NCBI GenBank assembly: GCA_964602145.1
Contig: CAZRPP010000001.1
Coordinates: 2,043 to 66,042 of the forward strand
Length of the DNA stretch: 64,000 nucleotides
Source: an uncultured Candidatus Saccharibacteria bacterium
Lineage (GTDB): Bacteria; Patescibacteriota; Saccharimonadia; Saccharimonadales; UBA4665
Reading direction: 5' to 3'
Below the pieces are notes generated by a model, which was not told the origin of the DNA, made no database searches, and saw only the letters and a program-made list of their open reading frames with translations. Shown piece by piece: positions 18,685-29,855 of the stretch (position 1 is its first letter; every line of letters starts with the position of its first letter). A program made the translations under genes and the position numbers.

Positions 18685-20769
18685 ATGAAGCAACAAGCAA
18701 AAAACAGATTATGGATTTGGGCGGCATTAGCCGTATTGGTTTGGTTGGCTGGCATGGGCATTGGCGGGCCGTACTTTGGCAAGATTAACGATGTGGTTAG
18801 TAATGACCCAGCAACATTTCTGCCAAAACAGGCAGAAGCAACCAAGGTCAATACTGCAATTGGCCAGTTTACTAACAGTAAAACAGTGCCGCTATTAATT
18901 GCATTTGAGAATACTGATCAGCAACCAATCACGCCAGAGCAGCAGCGGAAACTAGCGCAACTGTTGCCAGAAATGAAAAAGGTGCCGGACGTGCAGATTG
19001 CTGGCCCGGCACAACTGTCGCAGGACGGACAGGCGGCACTGCTCATCTTGCCAATTAACAGAGATGCAGAGCTGCCAGAAATTTTCCCGGTTATCAAGGA
19101 AAAGCTCCGTAGGGCTGACCTTGGTATGCAGTATCATTTGGGTGGCCCGGCATCGTTCTTTAAAGATCTATCGGCCGCATTTGCTGGTATAGATGGGACG
19201 CTCCTATTTGTTGCACTGGGCGTTGTACTGCTAATTTTGCTTATTGTATATCGGTCTCCAATTTTACCAATCTTAGTACTTATGAATTCCATGGCTGCGC
19301 TATCTGTCGCGATTATGGTGGTCTACGAACTAGCTAAAAACAATGTGGTGCAGGTCAATGGACAGGTGCAAGGCATTTTATCAATTTTAGTGATTGGAGC
19401 GGCTACCGATTATTCACTCCTCTACATAGCGCGCTACCGCGAGGAATTGTCTGAGTATGCCAGCCGATGGCAAGCCACCAAAGTGGCCTGGCGGGCGTCA
19501 CTGGAGCCAGTGGCCGCTGCCGGGCTGACCGTTTGCGCTGGGCTCCTCTGCTTGCTGGCTTCCGAGCTGCAGTCAAACAAAGCCCTTGGCCCGGTGGGTG
19601 CAATCGGTGTTGTGCTGGCTATGTTTGCAACTATGACCTTCCTTCCGGCAATGCTGGCGCTGATTGGTCGGCCGGTTTTCTGGCCACGTAAGCCCAAGTT
19701 TGCCCCCGCAGATCACCACACAATTGGCAAACTGCACCCAGTTTGGTCTAAAGTTGGCCGGCTTGTGGGCAGGCATCCACGGCGCTTGTGGGTTGGCAGC
19801 ACACTGCTGCTTATCGTGGGTTGTCTGGGTCTATTCCAGCTGAAGGCAAGTGGCGTGCCACAGGACCAACTCATAATTGGTAAGTCAGAAGCGCGCGATA
19901 GTCAAAAGGTGATTGACAAGCACTTCCCTAGTGGATCAGGCTCGCCTATGTACGTGCTGGCGCCAAGTGCCCAAGCAGAAAAGGCGGCTGAAATTATCCA
20001 AAAAGACGCTGGCATTGTGTCCGTAGTTGCAGTGGGTGAGCGTGGCCCAGCACCGGTAACAATGGGCAAAACAGTAAACGGCCAAAAGCTGCTTCAGGCT
20101 ACACTGGCCAATGATGCCTATTCCGCCAAAGCAACAGATACCGTCATGGGACTGCGCGCAAAATTACATGCATTATCACCACAAATCTTGGTTGGTGGCA
20201 CCACGGCACTGCAGCACGATAATAATCAATCATCTCGCCGCGACCTCAAGGTCATTATCCCGCTGATTCTACTAGCAGTTACTATAATTCTAGTATTTTT
20301 GCTGCGTTCCGTATGGGCGCCGCTGGTGCTCCTCCTAACCACGCTATTGTCTTTTGGGGCCACTATGGGAGTTGCTGCGTGGCTGTTTAACCACGTCTGG
20401 CACTTCCCGGGAGCAGACCCATCGGTCGTTATTTTTGGCTTTGTGTTCCTGGTGGCACTGGGGATTGACTACAACATTTTCCTTATGACCCGCGTGCGTG
20501 AGGAGATTGTTAAGACCAACTTGCGCGCAGGTGTGCTGAAGGCGCTGGTGGTGACTGGCGGCGTGATTACATCGGCTGGCATTGTCCTGGCGGCCACCTT
20601 TGCGGCCCTGGGGGTGATTCCAATTCTGTTCCTGGTGCAAATTGCCTTTATTGTGGCGTTTGGCGTGCTACTAGATACATTACTGGTGCGCTCGCTGTTA
20701 GTCCCGTCGCTCAGTCTGGAGCTGGGGCCTAAAATTTGGTGGCCAACAAAAGTAAAGAAGGGAGAATAG
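18685..20769 (+). CDS. MMPL/RND-type membrane transporter
   Basis: About 12 TM helices in two blocks with large loops; MMPL-like GATDYSLLY and GIDYNIFL motifs. Start taken at MKQQAKNRLW. Confidence 0.85.
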   Translation: MKQQAKNRLWIWAALAVLVWLAGMGIGGPYFGKINDVVSNDPATFLPKQAEATKVNTAIGQFTNSKTVPLLIAFENTDQQPITPEQQRKLAQLLPEMKKVPDVQIAGPAQLSQDGQAALLILPINRDAELPEIFPVIKEKLRRADLGMQYHLGGPASFFKDLSAAFAGIDGTLLFVALGVVLLILLIVYRSPILPILVLMNSMAALSVAIMVVYELAKNNVVQVNGQVQGILSILVIGAATDYSLLYIARYREELSEYASRWQATKVAWRASLEPVAAAGLTVCAGLLCLLASELQSNKALGPVGAIGVVLAMFATMTFLPAMLALIGRPVFWPRKPKFAPADHHTIGKLHPVWSKVGRLVGRHPRRLWVGSTLLLIVGCLGLFQLKASGVPQDQLIIGKSEARDSQKVIDKHFPSGSGSPMYVLAPSAQAEKAAEIIQKDAGIVSVVAVGERGPAPVTMGKTVNGQKLLQATLANDAYSAKATDTVMGLRAKLHALSPQILVGGTTALQHDNNQSSRRDLKVIIPLILLAVTIILVFLLRSVWAPLVLLLTTLLSFGATMGVAAWLFNHVWHFPGADPSVVIFGFVFLVALGIDYNIFLMTRVREEIVKTNLRAGVLKALVVTGGVITSAGIVLAATFAALGVIPILFLVQIAFIVAFGVLLDTLLVRSLLVPSLSLELGPKIWWPTKVKKGE

Positions 20770-20770
20770 T

Positions 20771-21166
20771 ATGAACTGGTTGATTAAACTTGTAGCCGGC
20801 GGCGCCGTCATGGGCCTAGCCGACTTTTTGTGGTTGGGCACCATTGCCAAAAAACTGTATCATGATGTGCTGGGCGAGCTGGTAACTCCTAAACCGCGCT
20901 GGTACGCGGCGCTATCGTTCTACTTTGTGTACCTGGTGGGCGTGATTGTGTTTGCCGCCAACCGAGCGGGAAGTTGGCGCCAGGCGCTTGTCTACGGCGC
21001 TGGTTTTGGCTTTGTAGCCTACGCAACGTATGATTTGACCAACTTAGCAACGCTGAAGGCATTTACACCCAAACTAGCGGTAATTGATATTGTCTGGGGC
21101 ACATTTCTGACGGCTGCAGTCACCTTGGCAGCGTATGCTGCCGGTAGCTGGTGGGCTGGCCGTTAA
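20771..21166 (+). CDS. DUF2177-like small membrane protein
   Basis: Four TM helices; the N-terminus LADFLWLGTIAKKLY resembles DUF2177 from memory. Confidence 0.55.
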   Translation: MNWLIKLVAGGAVMGLADFLWLGTIAKKLYHDVLGELVTPKPRWYAALSFYFVYLVGVIVFAANRAGSWRQALVYGAGFGFVAYATYDLTNLATLKAFTPKLAVIDIVWGTFLTAAVTLAAYAAGSWWAGR

Positions 21167-22047
21167 TGGGTCGTTTGCCTCACGCTAAAACTGTCCTAGT
21201 TCTGGCTGCAATCTACACCACATTGTGCGTTTGGACATTGCATAAATATCAACTTTTTGCCAGCGTGTTGGGACGTATGACATTATGTGGGCTGGCCGCT
21301 TTGTTTGTCATGGTTATCATGTTTTATGTGGCCCGTAAAACGGATCGGCTAGACATTGTGGATACAGGCTGGGGGCTGAGCTTTGTTGCCATTGCTGTGA
21401 CTGGTTTGCTGCTTCAAAATGGCCGATTGTTGCAGTGGGACCCCCAGGATTTGGTCGTTGCTATGGTCTGCCTATGGGCGTTCCGCCTGAGCTGGTTTAT
21501 TTTTAGCCGTTGGCGCCGGAGCGAGCAAGAAGATGTTCGCTACACAGACATACGCAAAAAATGGCCAACAAAAAGGGTTGGTCTTCGGGCACTGATGAGT
21601 ATATTTGTGCTGCAAGCGTTTCTAGCGGTTTTAGTGAGCATACCCGTCATACACATAACTTTATCGCGCGACGTGGCATGGTCGGGCTGGATGCTGTTAG
21701 GCGCCGTCGTTTGGGCAAAAGGACTGATTCTGGAAACAATTGCAGATCAGCAAACAGCACAATATTTGCGGCAAAAAAATCGGCCGGAGCTTCTAACGAC
21801 TGGACTTAGAAAATATGTTCGGCATCCAAACTACCTAGGCGAATTGCTGGTATGGTGGGGTTTTGCCATTATGGCGTTAGGCACGCCGCACGGCTGGGTT
21901 GGGCTAGGTGGCGCCGCAGTCATTACGTATCTATTGGTGTTTGTCTCCGGGATTCCGCTTAAAGAAAAACGACTCAGCCGGCACGCGGGCTGGAAAGAAT
22001 ACCAGAGTAAAACGCCTATGTTACTGCCTGGGTTCAACAACTGGTAG
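21166..22047 (+). CDS. DUF1295 / steroid-5-alpha-reductase-like membrane protein
   Basis: RHPNYLGELLVWWGFAI motif. Start overlaps the upstream stop as TAATG. Confidence 0.7.
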   Translation: MGRLPHAKTVLVLAAIYTTLCVWTLHKYQLFASVLGRMTLCGLAALFVMVIMFYVARKTDRLDIVDTGWGLSFVAIAVTGLLLQNGRLLQWDPQDLVVAMVCLWAFRLSWFIFSRWRRSEQEDVRYTDIRKKWPTKRVGLRALMSIFVLQAFLAVLVSIPVIHITLSRDVAWSGWMLLGAVVWAKGLILETIADQQTAQYLRQKNRPELLTTGLRKYVRHPNYLGELLVWWGFAIMALGTPHGWVGLGGAAVITYLLVFVSGIPLKEKRLSRHAGWKEYQSKTPMLLPGFNNW

Positions 22048-22272
22048 TGCGTCTACGGGTAGATTCATGGCGCTGGCAAATCGGTCTAGCTGCTGGAATT
22101 TGCAGAATTTAATTGGCCGGTCGTGGGCGTCATACACGCGGTAATAATGGTCGTAGCGAACTTTCTCGCCATTAAAGCGCTCGGCCACGGTAGGCTGGTT
22201 AATTTGCACGATGTACCAACCGGGAAAATCGGCTAAAATTCGTTTCATTTTGGCATAGTGGTTGAAAGCCAT
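22021..22272 (-). CDS. Hypothetical protein (83 aa)
   Basis: ORF MAFNHYAKMKRIL...; a TATCAT -10 box lies 7 nt upstream. The 3' end overlaps the convergent gene by 27 nt. Confidence 0.35.
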   Translation of the reverse strand: MAFNHYAKMKRILADFPGWYIVQINQPTVAERFNGEKVRYDHYYRVYDAHDRPIKFCKFQQLDRFASAMNLPVDALPVVEPRQ

Positions 22273-22295
22273 TAGAGCTATGATACAATACCCGC

Positions 22296-23315
22296 ATGAA
22301 AAATAAATTACTCCTTGGTGCACTGGCAGTTTTAGTTATTTTTAGTGGCTTTACGCTGTATAATCGGCTTTGGCCCGGCGACTGTACCAAGTACGAACAG
22401 TACGATTGGAAAACCGGCTCATGCTACTTTGAATGCGACACGGAAAAGCAGTGCAGAGCATTGACTGACAAGGTTAACCAGGAGCTGGACGGATATTTTG
22501 AGGGCTCGCAAAGTAAGCTGGCGCCGCCCGCTGCCAAGCCTGCCGCCCCTAAAACAACGCCGGCGCCTGCTCCCGCACCAACGCCCACAGCGCAGCAGCC
22601 ATCTGCACCCGCTAAGCAATACACTCGCGATGAAACCGGCACTGAAACAAACGGCACTATTTACACGATCCAGTCTGATTTAAGCTTGGCTCCAAAGCCT
22701 AATGCCGCCAACCAGGCTCTGTGGGACCTCTTTAGAAAAGTAGCCGGCGACTCCGACATTAAGCAGTACTTACAGACGTTTGAAGTCTTTAGCGACGGCA
22801 ACAATGACTCTGCTGCTTCCGTTTGGTCCAGCCAAACTCCCGGAAAATGGCACATGAATGTTAACGCCGCATTTGCATCGGATCGGAAAGATTTAATCCA
22901 CACCATGGTGCATGAATACGGCCACATTGTTACGCTTAATAACACACAAATTAACGGCGTAAATGGCAGGTGTCCTAACTACGAAATACCAGATGGCTGC
23001 TCGCGTGCAGATTCGTATCTCAACCAGTTCCACAGCAAGTTCTGGGCTAAATACGGGCAAGATATCCCTAGCGAAGGCGCCGGCCAAGATGAAGTACAGA
23101 GCTTTTACGATGCCTATAAAACAGACTTTGTGACGGAATATGCCGCCAGTAGTCCCGGTGAAGACATTGCCGAAAGTTGGGCTTTCTTTGTCCTGCGCGC
23201 CAAGCCAAATGGCAATAATGTATCGGATCAAAAAATGCAGTTCTTCTATGGCTACCCGCAGCTTGTGCAAGCGCGTGAGCAAATTAGGGGCCGCCTGGCC
23301 GGTGAAGTCCTCTAG
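22296..23315 (+). CDS. Secreted putative zinc metallopeptidase
   Basis: N-terminal TM/signal segment, Pro/Ala-rich linker, HExxH (TMVHEYGHIV) and a downstream EDIAESWAFF. Confidence 0.55.
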   Translation: MKNKLLLGALAVLVIFSGFTLYNRLWPGDCTKYEQYDWKTGSCYFECDTEKQCRALTDKVNQELDGYFEGSQSKLAPPAAKPAAPKTTPAPAPAPTPTAQQPSAPAKQYTRDETGTETNGTIYTIQSDLSLAPKPNAANQALWDLFRKVAGDSDIKQYLQTFEVFSDGNNDSAASVWSSQTPGKWHMNVNAAFASDRKDLIHTMVHEYGHIVTLNNTQINGVNGRCPNYEIPDGCSRADSYLNQFHSKFWAKYGQDIPSEGAGQDEVQSFYDAYKTDFVTEYAASSPGEDIAESWAFFVLRAKPNGNNVSDQKMQFFYGYPQLVQAREQIRGRLAGEVL

Positions 23316-23348
23316 CCTCCGTACATTGCCGCGTGTATAGTTAAAGGC

Positions 23349-24971
23349 ATGTTACAACCACAACCACTTTTGACGCAAAGTAAAACCTGGCAAGCGCTGC
23401 AAAATCGCCAGTTGCCAACAATTAAAGAGCTGTTTGCGGCGGATCCGCAGCGCGGCCGCAATTTCTCAGATTCTGCTGGCGATATCTACCTAGACTTTTC
23501 CAAAAACCAGCTAGATGGTCCCACGGCGCAGCTTCTGCTAGAGCTGGCGCGCGAGCGAAACGTAGAAGCCTGGCGCGATGCCATGTTGAGCGGCCAAAAA
23601 ATCAACACCACAGAAAACCGAGCGGTGCTGCATACAGCGCTCCGGGCTCCAGCGGATGCTGTTATTGAGGTGGATGGCCGCAACGTGGTACCAGACGTGC
23701 AGGCAGTGCTTACCAAAATGGCAGATTTTGCCAATAAAATTCGCTCCGGCGAGTGGCGCGGCCATACGGACAAGCCCATAAAAAACATTATCAATATTGG
23801 CATTGGTGGCTCAGATTTAGGGCCTGTCATGGCCGTGGAGGCGCTCAAATTTTACAGCCAACGGGATCTGCACGTTAGATTTGTTTCTAACATAGACGGC
23901 ACGCACCTAGCGGAAGCCGTTCGTGGCCTAGCCCCGGCGGAAACGCTGTTTATCGTGGCTAGCAAAACATTTACCACCGACGAAACCATGACCAACGCTC
24001 GTTCGGCACGTCAGTGGTTGCTTGAAGACTTGCACGATGAATCGGCCGTGGCCAAGCACTTTGTAGCGCTCAGCACCAATGCGGAAGAAGTGGCCAAATT
24101 TGGCATAGACACGGCCAACATGTTTGAATTCTGGGACTGGGTGGGCGGCCGCTACTCCCTGGATAGCGCCATTGGCCTGAGCATCATGATTGCCATTGGT
24201 CCCGATAATTTCCGCGACTTTTTGGCGGGCATGCATACAATAGACGAGCATTTCCGCACGGCACCGCTAGAACAAAATCTACCCGTCATTATGGCGCTGG
24301 TGGGTATTTGGAATGGCCTACAGGGCGCTGAGTCTGAATCGATTTTGCCATATGATCAGTACCTACATCGGTTTGCGGCCTACTTCCAGCAGGGCAACAT
24401 GGAGAGCAACGGTAAGCGCGTGACGCGCAGTGGCCAGGCGGTGGACTATGCCACCGGTCCGGTCATTTGGGGTGAGCCCGGCACTAACGGCCAGCATGCC
24501 TTTTACCAACTTTTGCATCAAGGCACGCGTAAGGTGGCCTGCGATTTTATTGGCTTTGCCCAGAGTCTGAATGATCCCGATGGGCAGGGCACGCATCACC
24601 GCAAACTAACGGCTAATTTGTTGGCACAAACGCAGGCTTTGGCATTTGGAAAAACAGCAGAAGAAGTGCGCGCAGAAGGCGTGCCAGAAGAGCTAGTGCC
24701 ACACAAAACGTTCCCCGGAAACCGACCCTCTAACACCTTGCTTGTTACAAAATTGACCCCCAATACACTGGGGCAGCTGATTGCTTTGTATGAACATAAA
24801 ATCTTTGTCCAGGGTGTTATTTGGGATGTGAACAGTTTTGACCAATGGGGCGTGGAGTTAGGCAAAGTTTTAGCCAAAAATTTGGATCAAGATTTAGCAA
24901 ACGATACTGCAGAAGCGGCAACCGATAGCTCCACCGCGGCGCTTTTGGAACAAGTTAAAAAATGGCGCTAA
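23349..24971 (+). CDS. pgi: Glucose-6-phosphate isomerase
   Basis: Full-length PGI ([39 protein letters not shown]). Confidence 0.95.
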   Translation: MLQPQPLLTQSKTWQALQNRQLPTIKELFAADPQRGRNFSDSAGDIYLDFSKNQLDGPTAQLLLELARERNVEAWRDAMLSGQKINTTENRAVLHTALRAPADAVIEVDGRNVVPDVQAVLTKMADFANKIRSGEWRGHTDKPIKNIINIGIGGSDLGPVMAVEALKFYSQRDLHVRFVSNIDGTHLAEAVRGLAPAETLFIVASKTFTTDETMTNARSARQWLLEDLHDESAVAKHFVALSTNAEEVAKFGIDTANMFEFWDWVGGRYSLDSAIGLSIMIAIGPDNFRDFLAGMHTIDEHFRTAPLEQNLPVIMALVGIWNGLQGAESESILPYDQYLHRFAAYFQQGNMESNGKRVTRSGQAVDYATGPVIWGEPGTNGQHAFYQLLHQGTRKVACDFIGFAQSLNDPDGQGTHHRKLTANLLAQTQALAFGKTAEEVRAEGVPEELVPHKTFPGNRPSNTLLVTKLTPNTLGQLIALYEHKIFVQGVIWDVNSFDQWGVELGKVLAKNLDQDLANDTAEAATDSSTAALLEQVKKWR

Positions 24972-24994
24972 CAGCCCAAGATTTTTAGGCTGCT

Positions 24995-25660
24995 TTGCGG
25001 GAGCATGCTACGCCCGCACAAGCCAAAACGGCAGCCTGGTTTTTCAAAACCGGTCCCGGTCAATACGGCGAGGGAGACCAGTTTATTGGCGTGCGCGTGC
25101 CGCAAATTAGGGCTGTTTGTAAGCAGTTTAAAGAGCTGACACTGAAGGAAATCACCAAACTTTTGCAAAGCCCAATCCATGAACATAGGCTGGCGGCAGT
25201 TATTTTGCTAAACGGTCAATACGCACAGCAGCCGGATCAGGTGCTTAAACTATATTTACAGGCACTGGACAATGGTCATATAAACAACTGGGATATTGTG
25301 GATGCCAGCTGCGAACACATCGTGGGTGCGCATGTCCGCCTGCATGGCGGAAATCTGCTGGAAGAGCTAGCCGGCAAAGATTTGTGGCACAAACGAGTGG
25401 CCATGGTCAGCACTTTTGCCTGGCTTAAAAACGGTGAGCAAGGTCCTACAATCGATATTGCAGAAAAGCTGTTCCACGAAAAACACGACCTACTGCAAAA
25501 AGCCGTGGGCTGGATGCTGCGCGAAATGGGCAAGCGTGTGGACGAAACGCTATTAACTGATTTTCTTGACCAACACGCCCACGAAATGCCGCGGACGCAG
25601 CTGCGCTACGCCGTGGAGCGATTGCCAGAACATAGGCGCAAGCACTATATGAACGTATAA
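24995..25660 (+). CDS. DNA alkylation repair protein (AlkD/AlkC-like HEAT repeats)
   Basis: WFFKTGPGQYGEGDQFIGVRVPQIR...NNWDIVD...WMLRE pattern. TTG start. Confidence 0.75.
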   Translation: MREHATPAQAKTAAWFFKTGPGQYGEGDQFIGVRVPQIRAVCKQFKELTLKEITKLLQSPIHEHRLAAVILLNGQYAQQPDQVLKLYLQALDNGHINNWDIVDASCEHIVGAHVRLHGGNLLEELAGKDLWHKRVAMVSTFAWLKNGEQGPTIDIAEKLFHEKHDLLQKAVGWMLREMGKRVDETLLTDFLDQHAHEMPRTQLRYAVERLPEHRRKHYMNV

Positions 25661-25668
25661 TAGGTTTC

Positions 25669-27153
25669 ATGAACGAAGCCCTGGCCGCAAAGTTAAAGCA
25701 GCTGCCCAAAGACCCCGGCGTCTATTTCCACAAATCTAGGGACGGGGAAATTATTTACGTTGGCAAAGCGGCGCGGCTCAATAACAGGGTGCGGCAGTAT
25801 TTTCAAAAGTCGCGCACGCGGGATCCTAAAACGGACGCGCTCGTCCAAGAGATTCATGACACGGATTGGATGGTAGTGGAGTCGGAGCTGGAGGCGCTGT
25901 TTTTAGAGGCGGAAATGATCCGGCGCTACATGCCGCGCTACAACATTTTGCTGCGCGACGACAAGGCGCTGACCTACATTAGAATTGACTATAGTAGCGA
26001 TTATCCAACAGTGTCCACAACGCGGAGGCCACTGGACGATGGTGCACGTTATTTTGGCCCCTATTTTTCCGCCGGTGCAGTGCGGCAGGCACTCAAAACA
26101 CTACGGAAGATTTTTCCGTTTGCCACCCGGCGAGTGGCCGGGCAGAAGCGGGCCACGCTGCATTATCACCTAGGACTTGATCCCGGGCTGGAAGATGGGC
26201 GCACTAGCTTGGAGGACTATCGGCGTAATTTACGGCGGCTCATGTCCGTGATTCAGGGCAAAAAAGCCGGCATCAAAAAGGACATAGAAAAGGACATGTT
26301 GGCGGCTGCCAAGGCGCAAAAATTTGAGGAGGCAGCGCACTATCGTAACCAACTGCGCTGGCTGGACGGCCTGGCAAAGCAGGTGATTTTTAGCGACAAA
26401 GAATTTCTGGATATTTCTAAAGATCACGCGCTGAATGAACTGGTAGACTTGTTGGGCCTGGCAGATTTTCCGCGGCGGATTGAGGGATATGATATATCGC
26501 ACATGCAAGGCACGGACGTGGTGGCCAGTATGGTCGTCTTTACCAATGGCGTGTCCGACAAGGCGCAGTACCGTAAATTTAAAACCAAGCGCGACCACAA
26601 CAACGATTTTTACAATATGCACGAGACGCTGAGCCGCCGTTTGTCGGAGAAAAACCGCAAGCTGTGGGGGCTGCCATCTTTGGTGTTGATTGATGGCGGT
26701 AAAGGCCAGTTAGACGCAGCGCTACGGGCGCGCGATGAGCAAGGGCAGCAAGGCTTGCTGTTTATTGGCCTAGCCAAACGCGAGGAGCAAATCGTGATTG
26801 CGCCAAGCCGCAGCAACGTCACGCTCAACGAACAAATCTTGCACAAATTGGGCGGATTTACCACCGTTACGGACGACTTTATTTTGGTAAATGTGCCGCA
26901 TAGCACCAACCTGGTTAAGCTCTTGCAGCGGGTGCGCGATGAGTCGCATCGGTTTGCGGTTAGTTATCACAGTACTCTCAAACGCAACCGACAGACGCAC
27001 TCGGCCTTGGATGATATTCCCGGCATCGGCCCGGCCACAAAGAAAAAACTACTGAAGGCATTTGGCAGTCAGCGCGGCGTTATGGCAGCTACGGAGCAGG
27101 AGCTGGCGGCGGTGGTTGGTCAGAAATTGGCCATGCAGATTGCGCCCAAGTAA
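25669..27153 (+). CDS. uvrC: Excinuclease ABC subunit C (compact, 494 aa)
   Basis: GIY-YIG (GVYFHKSRDGEIIYVGKA), UVR motif (FEEAAHYRNQL), endonuclease domain (IEGYDISH), C-terminal HhH (IPGIGPATKKKLL). Confidence 0.9.
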   Translation: MNEALAAKLKQLPKDPGVYFHKSRDGEIIYVGKAARLNNRVRQYFQKSRTRDPKTDALVQEIHDTDWMVVESELEALFLEAEMIRRYMPRYNILLRDDKALTYIRIDYSSDYPTVSTTRRPLDDGARYFGPYFSAGAVRQALKTLRKIFPFATRRVAGQKRATLHYHLGLDPGLEDGRTSLEDYRRNLRRLMSVIQGKKAGIKKDIEKDMLAAAKAQKFEEAAHYRNQLRWLDGLAKQVIFSDKEFLDISKDHALNELVDLLGLADFPRRIEGYDISHMQGTDVVASMVVFTNGVSDKAQYRKFKTKRDHNNDFYNMHETLSRRLSEKNRKLWGLPSLVLIDGGKGQLDAALRARDEQGQQGLLFIGLAKREEQIVIAPSRSNVTLNEQILHKLGGFTTVTDDFILVNVPHSTNLVKLLQRVRDESHRFAVSYHSTLKRNRQTHSALDDIPGIGPATKKKLLKAFGSQRGVMAATEQELAAVVGQKLAMQIAPK

Positions 27154-27193
27154 AGCCTAGGATATGCTGAAAGCATAACAAGGAGTTACTTAA

Positions 27194-28018
27194 GTGATGC
27201 AGCCCAAAAAAGTGCCTACCAGTTTGCCAGATTTTAAGATGCCATCGTTCCAGCGCAAATGGGCGGTCTATGGCGCAGGAGCAATCCTGGTTTGGTTTCT
27301 TTTAGCATCTTGTGTGCGCACAGTGCAGGCCGGTGAAATCGGCATAATCACTCGTTTTGGGGAGGTGAACCGCGAAGCCCACAGCGGTATCGCACTGAAA
27401 TTACCGTGGCCAATCGAAAATATGTACCGCATGGACACGCGGATTCAAAAAGAACAGCAGGATACAACAGCAGCCACTGCTGACCTCCAGGACGTAAAGG
27501 CCACACTTGCACTTAACTATGCGCTCAACCAGCAAGATGCGCTCAAGGTATTCAAAAATATCGGTATGGAATACAACGATCGTGTGGTAACACCGACTGT
27601 GCAGGAAAGCTTTAAAGCGGCCACCGCCAAGTACACTGCGAGCGAACTGTTAACGCGCCGCGCAGAAGTAAAAAATGAAGCGCTCACCGCTATCAAAAAG
27701 CGCCTTGAGCCGTATGGAGTAAAAATTGAAGACCTGAACATTGTTAACTTTAGCTTTAGCCCAGAATTTGCTAAAGCAATTGAGGCCAAACAAGTGGCCG
27801 CCCAGCAAGCAGAGCAGGCTAAATATAATGCAGAAAAAGCCAACGTGGACGCCCAGGCAGAAATTAACCGCGCGCGCGGCCAAGCCGAGTCGCAGCGTCT
27901 CATTCAGACGACAATCACCCCAGAAGTGCTGCAAAAACAAGCAATTGATAAATGGGATGGAAAAATGCCCAGTTACACCAGTAGCGGCACAGTTTTTAGC
28001 ATCCCGGTTAATCGTTAA
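27194..28018 (+). CDS. SPFH/Band 7 (prohibitin-like) protein
   Basis: TM helix plus an SPFH domain (VQAGEIGIITRFGEV...) and an A/Q/E-rich coiled coil. Confidence 0.85.
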   Translation: MMQPKKVPTSLPDFKMPSFQRKWAVYGAGAILVWFLLASCVRTVQAGEIGIITRFGEVNREAHSGIALKLPWPIENMYRMDTRIQKEQQDTTAATADLQDVKATLALNYALNQQDALKVFKNIGMEYNDRVVTPTVQESFKAATAKYTASELLTRRAEVKNEALTAIKKRLEPYGVKIEDLNIVNFSFSPEFAKAIEAKQVAAQQAEQAKYNAEKANVDAQAEINRARGQAESQRLIQTTITPEVLQKQAIDKWDGKMPSYTSSGTVFSIPVNR

Positions 28019-29229
28019 TGCAAAAACTAAACGCCGATTTTTTTCGTGGTAACCGCGAGCGTCTCAAGGCCGCGCTGCCGACTGATTTGCCAATCATGAT
28101 TACGGCCAACGGCCTGCAGCAGCGTGGCGCGGACAGTCCGCACCCGTTTGCGCAGGACGCCAACTTTTGGTACTTAACTGGCATAGACGAACCAGACGTA
28201 ACGCTGGTCATGGATGGCGCCCGTGAGTTCTTGATTGTGCCGCTGAGAGAAGGTGTACGCGCTACATTTGATGGCGCGGTAGATGTAAAAATGCTAAAAA
28301 AACAATCAGGCGTAAAAGAAATTGTGAACCAAGCCGTAGGCTGGAAACGGCTGGATGAACTATTGGGAAAGACTGGGCGCGTAGCCACGGTTGCCGCTGC
28401 GCCAACCTATATTGAAGAGTATGGCTTGTACGCTAATCCGTCGCGGCAGCGGCTGCAGGAGCGGCTCAAGCAGCACTTGCCAGAGCTGGATTTAATCGAT
28501 TGCCGGCTGGAGCTGGCTCGGCTCCGTATGGTCAAACAACCAGCTGAAATTGTTGCTATCCAAAAGGCAGTTGATATTACAGCCGCGTCACTAAAAGATG
28601 CGTTTAAGCAGAAATATAGGTATGAATATGAACTTGAGGCGCAGATTGCACAGGGTTTTCGCGCTAGAGGTGCCAAAGGCCATAGCTTTGAGCCAATTGT
28701 TGCTGGGGGGCAACGAGCCTGCACCCTGCATTACCTGGCTAACCAAGCAAAACTCCAGCCTGGCGAATTGATTATTTGCGATGTTGGCGCGGAATATAAT
28801 CATTACGCAGCTGACATAACGCGCACGATTAGCCAGACTAAGCCAACCCAGCGCCAGATAGATGTATATACGGCTGTGCAACGGGTACAGCAGCAGGCCA
28901 TGTCACTTTTAAAGCCAGGCGTTAAGCTCCGTAGCTATGAGAATAAAGTGGCAGACCTCATGGCCCAGGAGCTCAAAAAACTCGGCCTTATAAAACGCAA
29001 TAAAGACGTGCGGAAATATTTCCCGCACGCTACCTCTCATTTCCTAGGGCTCAACGTACACGATGTAGGCGATTATCAGCAGCCCCTGCAGCCTGGCAAC
29101 GTTTTAACAGTGGAGCCCGGCATTTATATTCCGGAAGAGGGCATTGGCGTGCGGCTGGAGGACAATGTGCTTATTACCGAAGATGGCGCTCGCAATTTGA
29201 GCGCTAAACTCAAGCAGAAACTGTGGTAA
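28018..29229 (+). CDS. Xaa-Pro aminopeptidase (M24B)
   Basis: M24 metal ligand blocks (DVGAEYNHYAADITRT, HFLGLNVHD, VEPGIY, RLEDNVLIT). Confidence 0.85.
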   Translation: MQKLNADFFRGNRERLKAALPTDLPIMITANGLQQRGADSPHPFAQDANFWYLTGIDEPDVTLVMDGAREFLIVPLREGVRATFDGAVDVKMLKKQSGVKEIVNQAVGWKRLDELLGKTGRVATVAAAPTYIEEYGLYANPSRQRLQERLKQHLPELDLIDCRLELARLRMVKQPAEIVAIQKAVDITAASLKDAFKQKYRYEYELEAQIAQGFRARGAKGHSFEPIVAGGQRACTLHYLANQAKLQPGELIICDVGAEYNHYAADITRTISQTKPTQRQIDVYTAVQRVQQQAMSLLKPGVKLRSYENKVADLMAQELKKLGLIKRNKDVRKYFPHATSHFLGLNVHDVGDYQQPLQPGNVLTVEPGIYIPEEGIGVRLEDNVLITEDGARNLSAKLKQKLW

Positions 29230-29241
29230 AATAGCCTCTAT

Positions 29242-29619
29242 ATGGATACTGTTATTGCTAAATTTGGCCTACGTTGGCTTGTTTGTTCGTTGGGATTGTG
29301 GATTTCTGCCGGTTTGCTGAGTACAAACATTAGCTATGGCCAAGAAGGTTCAGTCATTGTTATTGCTGGGCTCGTGCTGGCGCTCATAAACATGGTCATT
29401 AAACCAATTTTGGTACTGTTTTCTTTGCCAGCGTTACTTGTCACACTTGGACTATTTATGGTTATTATCAACGGGGCAACTGTCTACCTAGCAAGCAAAT
29501 TGTATGGGCCGCTCCATATTACAAATTTTTGGGCTGCGATATTTGCCGGCCTAGTCATAGGTCTGGTAAACTACCTAGTAAGCGCCATTTTGGAGCGTAA
29601 CGGAGAAAAAACGACATGA
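29242..29619 (+). CDS. YvlD/Phage_holin_4_2-family membrane protein
   Basis: 125 aa, four TM helices; ALINMVIKPILVLFSLPALLVTLGLF pattern recalled for this family. Confidence 0.55.
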   Translation: MDTVIAKFGLRWLVCSLGLWISAGLLSTNISYGQEGSVIVIAGLVLALINMVIKPILVLFSLPALLVTLGLFMVIINGATVYLASKLYGPLHITNFWAAIFAGLVIGLVNYLVSAILERNGEKTT

Positions 29620-29831
29620 GTTTCTATAATTGGCTAACATTTGGCAGTGCGATTTTACTAACAATTCTTATCATCTTTACGCAAACCCGTGGGGCGAGCG
29701 TGGGTGCTGGCATTGGCGGTGCAGCAGAGGTTAACCTTACGCGCCGTGGTACAGAAAAAACTTTTTTCCAGATGACCATTATCTGCGCAATTGTTTTTTC
29801 GCTATCCCTGATTCTTGGTGCGCTGGCATAA
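29616..29831 (+). CDS. secG: Preprotein translocase subunit SecG
   Basis: 71 aa, two TM helices with a Gly-rich loop (GASVGAGIGG). Confidence 0.7.
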   Translation: MSFYNWLTFGSAILLTILIIFTQTRGASVGAGIGGAAEVNLTRRGTEKTFFQMTIICAIVFSLSLILGALA

Positions 29832-29855
29832 CATTAAATAAAGGGTGGAAATTCC